Below are positions 12,708 through 26,398 of a DNA stretch of 64,000 bases, one piece after another. Origin of the DNA: Eledone cirrhosa (Eukaryota). The position numbers and the translations under genes were made by a program. Position 1 is the first letter of the stretch. Every line of letters starts with the position of its first letter. The notes under the pieces are model-generated. The model was given only the letters and a program-made list of their open reading frames with translations. It had not been told where the DNA came from and searched no databases. The stretch covers positions 117,924,001-117,988,000 of the forward strand of contig OZ024742.1 of the NCBI GenBank assembly GCA_964016885.1, given 5' to 3'.

Positions 12708-13445
12708 GTGTCGCCATAAAAAGTGTCGATTCCATGCCTCTTGGGGCTTCTCAACAGGTGTAAAGACAGCATGGTCAACAGGCGAAACATCCTCTTATTA
12801 GAGTTTGTCCAGGTGTTTTATAGTTATAAAGGTTGGTATGTACATTATGATTTACTCTTTTAATTAATATCTATTTTTCTATCCTTTCGTAGACTTTATG
12901 TTTTTCACTCAAGTGGTTCTCTACTCCTTGTAATTGAGAACATACCTTTTTGTGTTTTATTCTCTATGAAGAGCCCGGTACCTATTCCTTGAGCTCATTA
13001 AATTACAGGGGATTAACGCGAGTTTTTAACTCCGTTTTTTTCATTTGGTATTTTGGCTTCTAACTCATTTCTTTATGTAAGTTGAGCTTCTTAAGTTGAA
13101 TGGTTATGGACTGCTATCTCTAGCGGTGTTTTCATTAATTCAAGCCACTATGTACTGTATAGCAAGCATGTTTTCGTCTCTTCAACATGTGTGATATATT
13201 AGTTGTCTGAAGTATTTTTAGAAGTGTTGACCATACTGTCTTTACACCTGTTGAGAAGCCCTAAGAGGCACGGAATCGAAATTTTTTATGGCGAAACATT
13301 CTCTTATTAGAGTTCGTCCAGGTGTTTTATAAAAGGTTGGTCTGTATATTTTGATTTACTCTTTTAATTAATATGCATTTTCCACTTCTTTCGTAGACTT
13401 TATGTCTTTAACTCTAGTGGTACTCTATCACTTGTAATTTGTGTT
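12708..13445 (+). mobile_element. Non-autonomous PLE-like unit with direct (12781-12935 / 13289-13440) and inverted (12708-12780) repeats
   Basis: ~510 bp period; ends at (CT)n 13453-13569; contains a hammerhead. Confidence 0.75.
13245..13324 (+). ncRNA. Type I hammerhead, U3-A8 core variant
   Basis: cacctg ttgagaa gcc..ggc gaaa c attctct tatt agagt tc g tc caggtg: 6-bp stem I, GUC cleavage triplet. Confidence 0.82.
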
Positions 13446-13449
13446 TTCT

Positions 13450-13569
<120 letters not shown>

Positions 13570-14627
13570 ATTATATATATATATTACAAAAGCTGTTCAA
13601 AAGGTAAAGGAAACAATAACAGAGACATATTTTATTGTAATTGTTTCCTTGATAGTAGGAAATATTATACGGTCCTCCATCTGATTACACTGAAGTCTTA
13701 AAATACTAGGTTAAGTTTTATCGTTTTATCAAAATGGAAATATGTTCATTTTGTCTGTCACAATGCATAAGCACCGTTCGTTTATTTATATAAGCTTCTA
13801 TGCCAACCAAGTTGATACTGTCTCAATTGAAGCATTTAATAAACGTTTCAAAAATATCGGTGACATTAAAACATAATAGGTAAATTATTTTTGAGAATTC
13901 GCCAAAACCAACTTCTTCAGAATATATAAACTAAACTAGAAAATAAAGTTGATATTTGTTTTATGTAAATATTTTATATGTTGTGTTGTTATAATTAAAA
14001 CAGTACACAACAGTTGTTATTGATATCTAAGTAAACATTTAGACAATTCATCCTACAGGAACAAACGTTGATGCAGAAGTATTCTGGTTATTAATATTTA
14101 TTTACACCCATATATTTAACATTACAACGTGTTTATCTATTTTCATTATTAAATATAGAATCAAAATTTAGACTCGAGGGGAAGATAATATCGGCTACGT
14201 AGCTTTTAATCTTCTGCATAAATGCAGTGTAAATTCCTAAGACCGCCTTCGAAATTTCATATTGGTTCGGGAGTAACAATATCATTATAACTGAAGAATT
14301 TGATTATTTCCCAACAACTCGATTCTATAAGAAATCCTTTTATGTTAAAGCATGTAACTTCAACATTATATAACTACTGAATAGAAATTTAAGCATGTCA
14401 TCTTCAGATATCTTAACAGTGTTAGAGAATAGCTGAACCTCACAAACATGTATTTACCACACATAGAGAAACCAGCCCACACCAAATAAATCCTAACGAG
14501 ATGAATCGGTCATTATATATCTAGGTTATAGCTAAATCTACCACCTGCTAGGTGAATATGCTTAACTAAACAAGAAATATTCAAATCTGAAAGCAGCAGT
14601 GTATATATAAATATGAATACATGTACG

Positions 14628-14745
<118 letters not shown>

Positions 14746-14797
14746 AACGAGTAGGACCCCGACGGCTGAGCTCAAGCCGTTTCGACGGTTTCCTCCG

Positions 14798-14844
<47 letters not shown>

Positions 14845-14851
<7 letters not shown>

Positions 14852-15696
14852 GTTTACATATATATAAATAAAGTCATAGATATATATGCGTTTTGCAACG
14901 GGTCACGTTGTGGCTCAATGAAGAATTAATAAATTAAATAATCAGAGCTATATATCATAAAACATGTCTATAGAATCACTAGATAAAATATATACCGTTT
15001 ACTCTCCCAATTAGCATAATTAACCATATAAAAAATCAATTAGACCAAGCTATAAGAATAAAGGCTCCTATGAAGAAATCTCCGACAAATAACCGAAAGC
15101 AGCCCCTTCGCGGCGGTTACGACGGAGTATTTATCGAACATTTCGACAGCATGTATAAATCGACCAGATATACAGTCAACTAAACATAATTAGGCGTAAA
15201 ATAAACTTGGAAGAAATGTGTACATATTTAATTACCTCTACCATCGTTTCATCCGTATATTAAGACATCCGATAACAGGGGACATCTAGAGCTTCGGATT
15301 CATCAGGAGTTAGCTGAAATTTAGACAATTAATTTTCCAAAGTGATCGCGCCAAGAATACATTCAAAAATGGCTAAGGATCGTGACATGGCAGCGGTCAA
15401 GTTAGAAAGGATGTGATTAGTTGCTTACGGCTGGTAGGTTTATTGCTAGAAAGCGCAGCCCAATACAGCCAAATTGTATCTCAACCTAACGGGAAATTAT
15501 TACATATAAAGGTTTACATATATATAAATATAGTCATAGATATATATGCGTTTTGCAACGGGTCACGTTGTGGCTCAATGAAGAATTAATAAATTAAATA
15601 ATCAGAGCTATATATCATAAAACATGTCTATAGATTATGCTAATTGGGAGAGAAAACGGTATATATTTTATCTAGTGATTCTATAGACATGTTTTA

Positions 15697-15700
<4 letters not shown>
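14845..15700 (-). mobile_element. Non-coding PLE-like element with direct pLTR copies (14845-14974 / 15505-15634) and short inversion (15635-15700)
   Basis: Repeats visible by eye; flanked by (TA)n on both sides; internal hammerhead. Confidence 0.72.
15235..15310 (-). ncRNA. Minimal type I hammerhead ribozyme
   Basis: Minus strand: CUC CUGAUGA AUCCG..CGGAU GAAA C GAUG G UA GAG. Confidence 0.78.
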
Positions 15701-15761
<61 letters not shown>

Positions 15762-15764
<3 letters not shown>

Positions 15765-16107
15765 TAGGGATTGTAACGTCCAGTTACTGTAGATTTACCA
15801 ACGTGAGCATTCGATGAGTAGTTTCCAGTAAGTATATTAGTGTTGTACTAAGCAGACTGTAATAATAATAATATAAATGACGAGGTGTTAGATCGTCATT
15901 ACATTTATTGAGGTGTGATGCGCGTTTCGCAATTGATCAACTCAAGGTTCGATCGGTCTCGACTCTGTCAATACCATAACAGAAGTCCGACGAGCTTTTG
16001 ATTCAAGAATCTTGCCCGATCGATACGGATCGAACGTTGAGCTGATCAATCACGAAACGCCCGCCACACCTCAATCAATGTAATGAAATATAACCCCTCG
16101 TCCTTTT

Positions 16108-16110
<3 letters not shown>
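15762..16110. mobile_element. Fold-back PLE pLTR end with hammerhead 3' halves, tail on left arm
   Basis: Arms ~15875-15960 and ~16022-16110; cgaaacgcgc(a/g)tcacacctcaataaa-type motif on both arms. Confidence 0.65.
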
Positions 16111-16159
<49 letters not shown>

Positions 16160-16171
16160 TTAATATAGAAG

Positions 16172-16222
16172 AGCTTCTACAGGACTAGAACTGTTTCATT
16201 CGTGAGAAATCATCAGGGAGCT
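16172..16222 (-). ncRNA. Type I hammerhead ribozyme
   Basis: Minus strand: AGCUCC CUGAUGA UUUCUCACGAAU GAAA CAG UUCUAGUC CUG UA GAAGCU. Confidence 0.72.
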
Positions 16223-16791
16223 GGCTGTCCAAGTAAGTAGTGGTATTTATATCTTTTCTTTTCTGGTGGTAGGAGAGGGTCGAGATTGGGATGGATGGAC
16301 GTCATTGGTTGAAGGATTTAAAGAAGATGGAGTTCATTAAAAGCTAATTCTTTAAAGCTATAATATTAACAAAGGCAGAAAGAATATTGTAAACAAATTC
16401 AAATTTGGAATACCAATCCTTGTTTGTCACTTAGGCTAACAATGGCTGTAAGACAGGTGTCTACAGGATGGGTGGGTTCAATGGTTTAAAGAAAACGAAA
16501 TTCTTTAGAAGCTAATTCTTTAAGGCTGAAATAAGGGTGACAAAGGCAGAAAGGGTTCCATCACCAGATTCAAGTGTTGGGGTGATTCCCATTGGGGAAT
16601 TTCTCTTAATATATATTCCAGGTGTCGACAAACACATTCACACACTCGCCCACTCACACACGTACACACATATACACGCACGCACACACAGGCAGGCACA
16701 TAGACTCAACACCCATACATAATGGTACATACACATCTACATATATACAAATATATACAAATAGATACATACATACGTACATATATATATA

Positions 16792-16854
16792 TATTCTGTG
16801 GTGACAGTCAAGTTTGCAATTTTCAATTGCAAACTTGACTGTCACCACAGAATA
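16792..16854. repeat. Perfect ~30 bp fold-back hairpin directly upstream of a hammerhead
   Basis: tattctgtggtgacagtcaagtttgcaatt-ttc-aattgcaaacttgactgtcaccacagaata. Confidence 0.95.
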
Positions 16855-16893
16855 TGAACCTGAAGATTGCGAAAGCATGAAAGTACTTGTTCA
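16855..16893 (+). ncRNA. Very small (39 nt) type I hammerhead ribozyme
   Basis: tgaac ctgaaga ttgc gaaa gcat gaaa gtac tt gttca; palindromic AAGUACUU stem III. Confidence 0.8.
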
Positions 16894-17199
16894 ATTAACA
16901 CTTAACATTTAATACTCTACCATACTATTTCATTCTAATACCATTATACATTTTAAAGGATTGTAAATAAAACGAGTAAATCAGACAAAGTTGGAATGCC
17001 TTTTATTAATATAATCTTCTATACACAATCATACACACCCGTGTATATATATATATATACACACACACGCTCTCATGCATACACACGCATACACACATTC
17101 ATACGTTCACATATACATACATATACACACACCTACGCACATATATATACATACATATACACACACACATACACACACATATATATATATATATACATT

Positions 17200-17231
<32 letters not shown>

Positions 17232-17272
17232 CACACATATATATATATACATATATACACATATATACACAT

Positions 17273-17356
<84 letters not shown>

Positions 17357-17468
17357 TTATATATAGTGTGAAACTAAAACCCTATCACTCTCCAGACAGC
17401 CTCCAAAAATAATGGTTGTATTTTAAAGGGTACGTCAAACCTATTTGTAAAACTGTTATATATTGTAT

Positions 17469-17527
17469 TTTGTCTGATGAAGGCATACCATAATTTAATG
17501 TGGTATCCCTGAAATATGTATAATGAA
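17469..17527 (+). ncRNA. Minimal type I hammerhead ribozyme
   Basis: tttgt ctgatga aggcataccata..tgtggtatccct gaaa tatgta ta atgaa, followed by aataaa. Confidence 0.72.
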
Positions 17528-17569
17528 ATAAATATGGTTTTATAAATATAGTTTCCATTTATTAATATC

Positions 17570-17974
<405 letters not shown>

Positions 17975-18559
17975 ATGTATGTACACACATATATATGTAT
18001 GTATGTATGTATATATATGTGTGTATATATTTGTATATATATAGGTGTGTATGTACCATTATGTATGGGCGTTGTGTGTGTGCTTGCCTGTGTGTGCGTG
18101 CGTATATGTGTGTGTACGTGTTAAAGTGGGCGCATGTGTGAATGTGCTTGTCGACACCTGGAATATATATTAAGAGAAACTTCACAATAAGGGGAATCAC
18201 CTCAAAACTTGAATCTGGTGATGAAACCCTTTCTGCCTTTGTCACCCTTATTTCAGCCTTAAAGAATTAGCTGCTAAAGAATTTCATTTTCTTTAAACCA
18301 TTGAACCCACCCATCCTGTAGACACCTGTCTTACAAGCATTGTTACTTTAAGTGACAAACAAGGATTGGTATTCCAAATTTGAATTCGTTTACAGTATTC
18401 TTTCTGCCTTTGTTATTATTATAGCTTATAAGAATTAGCTTTTAATGAACTCCTTTTTCTTTAAATCCTTCAACCAATGACCTACACCCATCCCAATCCT
18501 CACTCTCTCCTACCACCAGAAAAGAAAAGATATAAATACCACTACTTACTTGGACAGCC

Positions 18560-18610
18560 AGCTTCCTGATGATTTTTCACGAATGAAACAGTTCTAGTCC
18601 TGTAGAAGCT
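18560..18610 (+). ncRNA. Type I hammerhead ribozyme
   Basis: agcttc ctgatga tttttcacgaat gaaa cag ttctagtc ctg ta gaagct; perfect 6-bp stem I. Confidence 0.78.
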
Positions 18611-18691
18611 CTTCTATATTAAAACTTTTATACTCTGCTATGTATTGAGTACCTTACTTACTGTGGTTACCTCTGATTCAACCTGGAATAA

Positions 18692-18745
<54 letters not shown>

Positions 18746-18757
18746 TTGCAAACTCGT

Positions 18758-18879
18758 CTTCGAGCATTGCCATCGCCTGATAAAATGCTCAAAAATGTGA
18801 GACACGAATGTGGCTCTTTAAACCACCCACATTCGTGCCTCACATTTTTGAGCATTTTATCAGGCGATGGGAATGCTCG
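18758..18879. repeat. ~53 bp-arm inverted repeat between (TA)n tracts
   Basis: cgagcattgccatcgcctgataaaatgctcaaaaatgtgagacacgaatgtgg and its reverse complement. Confidence 0.9.
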
Positions 18880-19031
18880 GGAATCCACCCTATATATATA
18901 TATATATATATATATTGGGTGGATTCCCGAGTGACCACAGTTAAAAAAGTTACTCGATGCGCTAATAGAATGCAGGCAACTTTATTCTATATAGAAATTA
19001 CTTCTACAGTGACTCGTGTCACCAGTAATAC

Positions 19032-19160
19032 TAATTGTTTCTACTTTTGGCACAAGGCCAGCAATTACCCAGTGCATTACTGGTACTTTATTTTATCGAC
19101 TCCGTAAGGATGAAAGGCAAAGTTAACCTCGGCGGGATTAACTTTGCCTTTCATCCTTAA
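19032..19160 (-). mobile_element. Meta-type SINE 3' half ending in a 22-bp snap-back inversion
   Basis: taaggatgaaaggcaaagttaa (19105-19126) / ttaactttgcctttcatcctta (19138-19159). Confidence 0.88.
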
Positions 19161-19169
19161 TAATACATC

Positions 19170-20645
19170 TAATAATAATAATAATAATAATAATGAAATT
19201 ATTGTGTACACTGCTCAGGTTCACTACAACTCATCAAAGGTGCATCTATAGTACAGGTACGTAACACCATCAAGACCAGGAGAGGCACAGTTGCGCTTAT
19301 TTTTCAGGTGACCTTGCAGCATTGCAGTTGTAAATTCCATATTTGATGTCAGAGGTGGTGGAAATGGAACGTTTTGGTTTTCAACAGTAAACATGCCTAC
19401 ATAGCTTTCATCAATGAGTTCTGCGCATTCTTTGTGAACGTCAGAATTTTGGCTTATGTGGGGATTGCGAAGACGACCAAGTGGAGAGTGAGGTCTCTGC
19501 TTTGAATGTACATATTGCCAGAAAACTTTACTGTCACGGTTGGTTGCTATGCACTGTTCAAATTCAAGCACTGGTATGTGTTGACATGGTCATACATATA
19601 TCGCAGAAAAATACTTCTTGTGATTGGTTCAAATCAACACAAGGAATTGCTGAAAAGTTTGAACGTAGTTTGAACGTAGACCATCACACCGCCACCAAGA
19701 CGATTAATGGGGTCTTTGTGAAACAGGTTGTAGCCAGTTATGCTAAAAACCCCATCAGAGAGTAAAGGATGTGCTCATGTTTCCATGCCTCTAATGAAAT
19801 CGGGGTCGATAATTTTGACGTAAGAATAAAAAAGATGTATCTTGTTGCATAAGCTACGCGCATTTAAGAACAACAATTTGTACCTTGATTTCAGTTTATG
19901 ATGATGTGTAGGGGATGGCAGGTTGTTCTGATTTAGTTTCCCACAGTTTTGTCATTGCCAGCTATTGTGGATACAGTGTGTTCAGACTAGCTGGTATCTC
20001 TTTTCCATGTTTCACCAGCCTTAATAAACTTCCATATCTGCCCATCGTCACATAGGCTTTCATGTTGTGCTGAGTTGCGATTTAAGGAAGCTGCAGAATG
20101 TAGCTTTGGACGTCATCAGGTGGAAAATCAGGGCGTGTTCGGAAGGCAATCCGATTTTCACGCCTAGCTTTATCAGAGGCTAAATGGTATGAACGTGCCT
20201 CAGTAGGGTTTGAAAAAGACAGCCTAATTAGTCTGGGTTTCGGACCCGGTCGACCAAGGCGGAGAGCATCCTTCAGGTGAGCACAGCCTAGGTCTTTGGA
20301 TGAGCTGACTGTAAATGCTTGAAGATCTGCTATGTCTTCTGATACACCAATGACAATTACTTCGTGGTTGACAGATTCAGTGGCTTTCTCAATACGTCTA
20401 GATTCGGCAAGAGTCACGGGGGAGAATTTTTAGCAAGGGACTCCGATAAGATCCCTCATAGTAGGGTTCAACACGAACGCTTGATTTGATTCCTATTTCT
20501 CGGTTTAAAGCAGAAATCATTTGTCGTATTTCCACAAATTCTGTATTGATGGCCGATTTTTGTTGTTGTTGATGATGATGTTCTTCAACAGGAATGGTAG
20601 GGGAAGACACGGTCGTCGCTTGTTTTTGTGAAACCAATAACCAAC
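19170..20645 (-). mobile_element. Decayed, internally deleted CR1/L2-group LINE with (ATT)n tail
   Basis: ORF1-like VIVIGVSE..RLGRPGPKPRLIRLSF..RPD (20082-20417); ORF2 linker SKVFWQYV.SK..KECAEL..ASPGLDG (19224-19571). Confidence 0.7.
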
Positions 20646-21202
20646 AACACCACTCTTCACCAAAATATGCAAAGGAATAAGAAATAAATTTCTCAATAAA
20701 ATCACATTAATTATCATCTATGCAAAGAATATTATAATATTAATGATTTCGTATTTTTCTTCAGCTTTGCCAAGTTTAAATAATTTAAATATTTTCTTGC
20801 TCCATTTTGCAATAATCTCTCTTGCTCCACATCTCTACATCTACCGATCTATCTATCTTTCTATATTTCATGTATATCTGCCGTTAATGCCTTTAATTTC
20901 ATTACCGTTTTTTTTTTAAAGTCTACTTTTGATCATTCTACGAGGATTCGCTATAATTTGGTTTGCAGCAGAGAGATTGTAAACAAATGCTAGTTAAACA
21001 TACAGAAGCAAGCGTACAGTTATGTTTAAACCTCCTTATATAATGGAATGCATACATAACCACACCGACATATTGACAGAAACACACACACATATCTGTT
21101 TTGTGTGTAGATATAAAAACTGGCATCTATCTGGGCGTGCTTTAAAATAAACATTTGTTACACATACACACTCACACATATATACGTGTATATCTATACA
21201 CA

Positions 21203-21271
<69 letters not shown>

Positions 21272-21617
21272 CTGAAGTGCACTAAGCAGTCAAAGTATAT
21301 CATAAAGCCAGATCTGTATGTAAGCAGAATAGAAGTAACCAAGACGGGCTGCATAATTGTGTATATAAAGTTACTCATTTTTAATATATAGACATGTAAA
21401 CTTGCCAAATATACGTATCTCTCTGTAAATTGAAAACATTATAAACATGTTTAACCAATGTTCATGTCTTATTGGGCTTTCATTAGGTCTGTATATCATC
21501 CAAACAACCATAATGGGATATGCAATTGAGGGATTTATATAACCTATCACTAGTAATATTATCCTGTAATGGACGTACAAATTTGCATCTTATTAGCGCT
21601 CATGCAGATATTTAATT

Positions 21618-21797
21618 GAGATTGAGGTTGTGAGTTCGATTCCCAGACTGGGCGATGCGTTATGTCCTTGAGCAAGACACTTTATTTCACGTTGTTCCTT
21701 CTACCTGGAGCTGCGACCGATAGATAGTATTAGCAATTGGAAAGACCAATGGAAACAATGTTTCCTCGGTCCGATTTGATGAAAGTCGATCGTTCCT
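21618..21797 (+). mobile_element. CORE-type tRNA-derived SINE fragment
   Basis: B-box gagttcgattccc followed by CORE-like gtccttgagcaagacacttta. Confidence 0.65.
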
Positions 21798-21812
21798 ACA
21801 TATATATACATA

Positions 21813-23155
21813 TGTAGTGACTAGCGCCATCTCTTCGGGGAACCAGACTATTGGAGTTACTTCCCCGTGGCCAGTATATAAGGGAGCGTTCCGACGCCTC
21901 TCTCTCTCTCTCTCTCTCTCTCTAAGAGCTACCTTTGGCGTAGCCGTGCCTGGCCTACTAGGCAGGCGGCCAAAAGATGAAAAGAGAGAGTGAGGCGTCG
22001 GAACGCTCCCTTATATACTGGCCACGGGGAAGTAACTCCAAATAGTCTGGTTCCCCGGAGAGATGGCACTAGTCACTACATGGCTCTCCCCCAGACGAAA
22101 AGTCGATAATGGAGAAGTTAAATGTAGTGAAAAGGCGTACAGCACAGAACAAGGAAGGCAAAGGTATGTATATGGCAAAAGTTTGCAAAAATGTAATAGG
22201 AACAAATTATTGAAAAAATAATAAAATTCAAACAGTATTCACAGGAATGTTGCACCATTGCAGCAGGGAACTGTAGGAAAAGTGTATGCCCCAAAAGAAT
22301 TTGAGAGCAGGTTGTTTCTGTACTGTGGAAAACGTGAGATTCCCGATCTTCGAAGAGAATGGTTGAAATTTCGCACAGGAAGATGACTGCAAGAAGGATT
22401 CTCAGTTCTGTTTGTTGTACTGCTGGTTCGAAGTTGTTGAGAGAAGAGCAAAGATGAAATTGTCGTTGGTTGTCGCGCATAGCCTTTTTGAAGTTGTTTC
22501 AAGGGAAACAACTCATTCGCAGTTAAAAGATCCCAGAAAATGTGTTGCGCAAAGTGTCAGAAATAACAGCCAAAATTGATGGTCAGTGTTGCAGTTGAAG
22601 TTGATCTGTTTAAGTCCAGATGAAGTTGCGGTTGAAGTTGCAACCATTGAAATGAGCATGCAGGATAAATGCACAGTAACTAACGCCAATTTACGGCATT
22701 GTAGTGTCGCAAACTTTTTTACTGGCAAATATAAAAAATAGCTTGGGATGATGAAGTCCTTGAAAAGAAATAGCAAAACGTGTGTATCCCTTTAAATCGA
22801 GATTTGTGGACTACACACGTGCTGGTACAAGGTAAAATTGAAATTGAAAAAATTTCTTTTGCGCGGGAAAATTACGAGAAAGCCAAGATGGCTGCCGAAA
22901 ATGAAAGAAGAAGGCAGCTGTCGGCCATCTTGATTCTCACTGTGAATGTGATGAAGATGAAGGAAAAACTTGGTTGAACGAGTAAGCGAGAAAAAGGTGC
23001 CATGAGCTACCTTTGGCGTAGCCGTGCCTGGCCTACTAGGCAGGCGGCCAAAAGGCGAAAAGAGAGAGAGAGAGGCGTCGGAACGCTCCCTTATATACTG
23101 GCCACGGGGATGTAACTCCAAATAGTCTGGTTCCCCGGAGAGATGGTGCTAGTCA

Positions 23156-23160
<5 letters not shown>
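21813..23160 (-). mobile_element. Small non-autonomous LTR element (LTRs 23003-23160 and 21926-22080) plus inverted partial LTR 21813-21923
   Basis: Minus strand TGTAGTG...GTAGCTCA then TGG; TATATAA box in LTR; PPT GGGGGAGAG before 3' LTR; no recognisable ORF. Confidence 0.75.
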
Positions 23161-23222
<62 letters not shown>

Positions 23223-24627
23223 TACGCCATTTATATATATATATATATATACATATAAATATATGTATATATATGTATATATATATATATATATATATGT
23301 CTGTGTGTGTGTGTGTGTGTGTGTAATCGTGACTGTAATTGAGTATATAAAATTGTGCATGACCTTTAACTTTATTAGATCACCAGATCAAAATAACTGT
23401 TGATCCGAAAAACGTAGACACTTTGAGCAAGCTCTGTTACGTAATACCCTTTTATCATACCCTTTTATCTGACTAACTGCATTTAAAATGACACAGGTGT
23501 ATTGACATGCATGTGCTTCTCTTCTATTATTCTTAGTTTCTCTTATTTTTCATTTCTCTTCTCTTTCTTGCTCTTCCTTTTTATTTACTTTTTTTCCTTT
23601 TCTATTACTGTTGTTCGTTTCTCTCTGTTTCTTCCATTTCCATGTCATTTTCTAATGTTGCCAATTTTCAAATTTTCTGGGATTAACTAATGAGGCATTG
23701 TACTATTAAATGTAAATAGCTAATTTCCACCCTGTAAGAATTATGTATTTTAACGTAATCGGATATATTCTTACGGTTGAATAAACGACATTAGCTGATT
23801 TGTATTTTTTTTAAACTGCAAGCACTATTTTACTATAGTGCATTTAAAAAATAGCAAAAATCGAGAAGTGGACAGCAGGCCAAATGTCTTAGTTAAAATC
23901 AATGATTATAAAAGTAATTTTGCATTTTACTCTAAATTCAGTATAATTAAACCAGTGTTGTTATTGACTACATAGTGTTAGTCAATAACAACATTTTAAA
24001 TAACCTTAGCAATAGCATTGGTAAAACAACTAAACCAAACTAAAAATAGTTACATAGTCATCAGCTCATTTAATAATACCGATTATAGACATATCCCTTG
24101 GTTTTCGTTCCTCAAATACTTAACGTCCCAGAATTTACCAAGAACTATAATAACATAAATAATAACAAGATACAGAACACCAAAAAAATAAGTTATTTTT
24201 TTTTAATAAAGATTCCGTATTAGTAAACCAATCTGACCAAATAGGAACTTTTGAAGTAATATGACAGAAAGGAGTTATACAATATTGTATGATTAGACAT
24301 CTTTAATATACTTAGTAAGATTATGGTTATTTTTTTGTTACCAGCAGTCGAGAGGAATCTCTCCTGAAAAATCAAACAACATTTTCTAGCGTGCCAGTAA
24401 TGTAAACTCAGACAAGATTACTCGACGAAGAAGTGAATTAATTGTGAACCATTCAGTGATTATTGTACTGCCATATCACCAGATATACTTAATTACAAGC
24501 AACCGTTACAAACCGGAAAACACCCTTCCCTTGAACATGGCTGACTACACACTTCATTTTCTATGATGTTGTCAAGAGAATAAAATTCCTTATTCAACTG
24601 ATGTCAGTTGAAGTCAGATATTTCTAC

Positions 24628-24695
24628 ACACTGTCGTCAACTGAACACTGTCGTCAACTGAACACTGTCGTCAACTGAACACTGTCGTCAACTGA
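24628..24695. repeat. 17-bp minisatellite x4 (acactgtcgtcaactga)
   Basis: Exact head-to-tail units. Confidence 0.95.
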
Positions 24696-25299
24696 ATACA
24701 CCATTCTACTTACATCGCTGTATGGTGTATAGTCATTCATCACCTTTCAGATAACCGTCATCGGAAGCTGCATTAATTGATAAATCCTTATGGCTCACTT
24801 CTATAGAAACACGTGCTCTCATATACAGACACACTTCTATATAAACCTTAATTTACGTTATGTAGACTTATATGTTCACACACGCACGCATACAAAAATG
24901 TGTAAACTCACTTGTAGTTACATAAACAAACATTGGCTTGTACAGAGATACTTGTATGGACAGAGATACTTGTTTGCTCGGTTTCAAGTGTATAAGAAAA
25001 TACATAAATGTAGGTACAGGGTGGTCCAAAAAGATGTATTATCGCTATCTAACCCAGGCTTCTGTTTTTCAGCAAGATGGAGCAACACCGCATTGCTTCA
25101 ATGCTTCACTCGAATACCTCCATCGTTACTTCCTTGAAGTCAGGCTCATCTCCCGTGGCCTGCACATTCTCCAGACCTATCCCCTTTGGATTATTTTCTG
25201 TGGGGATACCTATGCTAACAATCCCCAAACTATTGATGCGCTCAAGAATAATATTCGAACAGAGATCAGGAGAATTCCCCATGACATGTTGGACAGGGT

Positions 25300-25726
25300 T
25301 GTAGTAACTATGGCGACAGTGTGTTGACTATAGCAACGCAGTGTCGCCACCTGTGGGTAACGCAAAAAAATAGCGAATTACTTCCCTTATCTCGGCGTTC
25401 TCTAAAAGAAGAGACGCCAATGTAAAACTCAAGAGATTTGGTTTTCAATTCCAGTCGCCTTTGTCCTGCCACGTGGACGTACTTTGTAAAAACGCCTGTT
25501 TTTGACCAAGAGATTTTCATATCTCTTCTTGAATGTAAGAATTAAGCCATTGCCGTTTAGCTTGCAGGGTATGTCCTATGAATATAATTATTATGTTGTG
25601 TTTTATTAAATGAATCATTTAATAAAATATTAGCCTTGTTATCGTTAAAGCCCTTCTGTTTTAATTAATAATCTTAGAGAGATGAGATGTCGTTCACACA
25701 CCTGGACGATATATCATTTTTCTTTA
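25300..25726 (+). repeat. 5' LTR
   Basis: tgtagtaactatggcg...tcttta; highly similar to 30807-31232. Confidence 0.93.
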
Positions 25727-25727
25727 T

Positions 25728-25740
25728 TGATGACCCCGAC
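25728..25740 (+). promoter_or_regulatory. Primer-binding site, tRNA-Trp type
   Basis: tgatgaccccgac vs TGGTGACCCCGAC (1 mismatch), 1 nt after the LTR. Confidence 0.8.
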
Positions 25741-25984
25741 TAAGAGCAACTTTTAAAATTCTTCTGTATTGCTGAATTGTATCTCCTTCTGACCTGCCTT
25801 GCAAGCATAGTTAGATAAAAACAAAAAAAATTTATCACAACTCATCCAGCGTTTTATCAACAATGATATTTATTTTATGTACAAAGTGTGCGACGCTGCA
25901 CATATATATATATGGAATTCAGGCCCATTGTTGTTTGGTATCTTGTCTTTGAGTGAACAATATTTTTCTCTTGCATCAACTTCT

Positions 25985-26024
<40 letters not shown>

Positions 26025-26398
26025 TTCTCTGGATATAAAATTTTGCTTTCAACCTTCTGTTAAAATAACAAAATGGAGACTCAAAAATTTTGTTTTCCCG
26101 CGTACAGCTTCTCTTCTTCAACCCCAGCCATCTGATTGGCTGCATCGTGCCACATGACGGCTTCTTCATCACAAACACATTTTTCAATCAGCCATCTTGG
26201 GATTTTCTTACCAAATAATTTTCATGGAAAATAATTTTTTTTATTATGCAAATTTTATTTTGGCCGGCGAGAATTTTCAAAAAGAATTTCAGTTGAATTC
26301 GCGTGAATAAGATTTTGGATTCCAGTGTCATTTTTTGGTCGCATAGCTGCTTCGAAGAAATAATTTGGCCTTAAAAATTCATCAAATCTTTGGGCATC

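Noticed and set aside
24628-24695. Short repeat array as CRISPR or iterons
   Set aside because: Simple 17-bp tandem duplication with no spacers.
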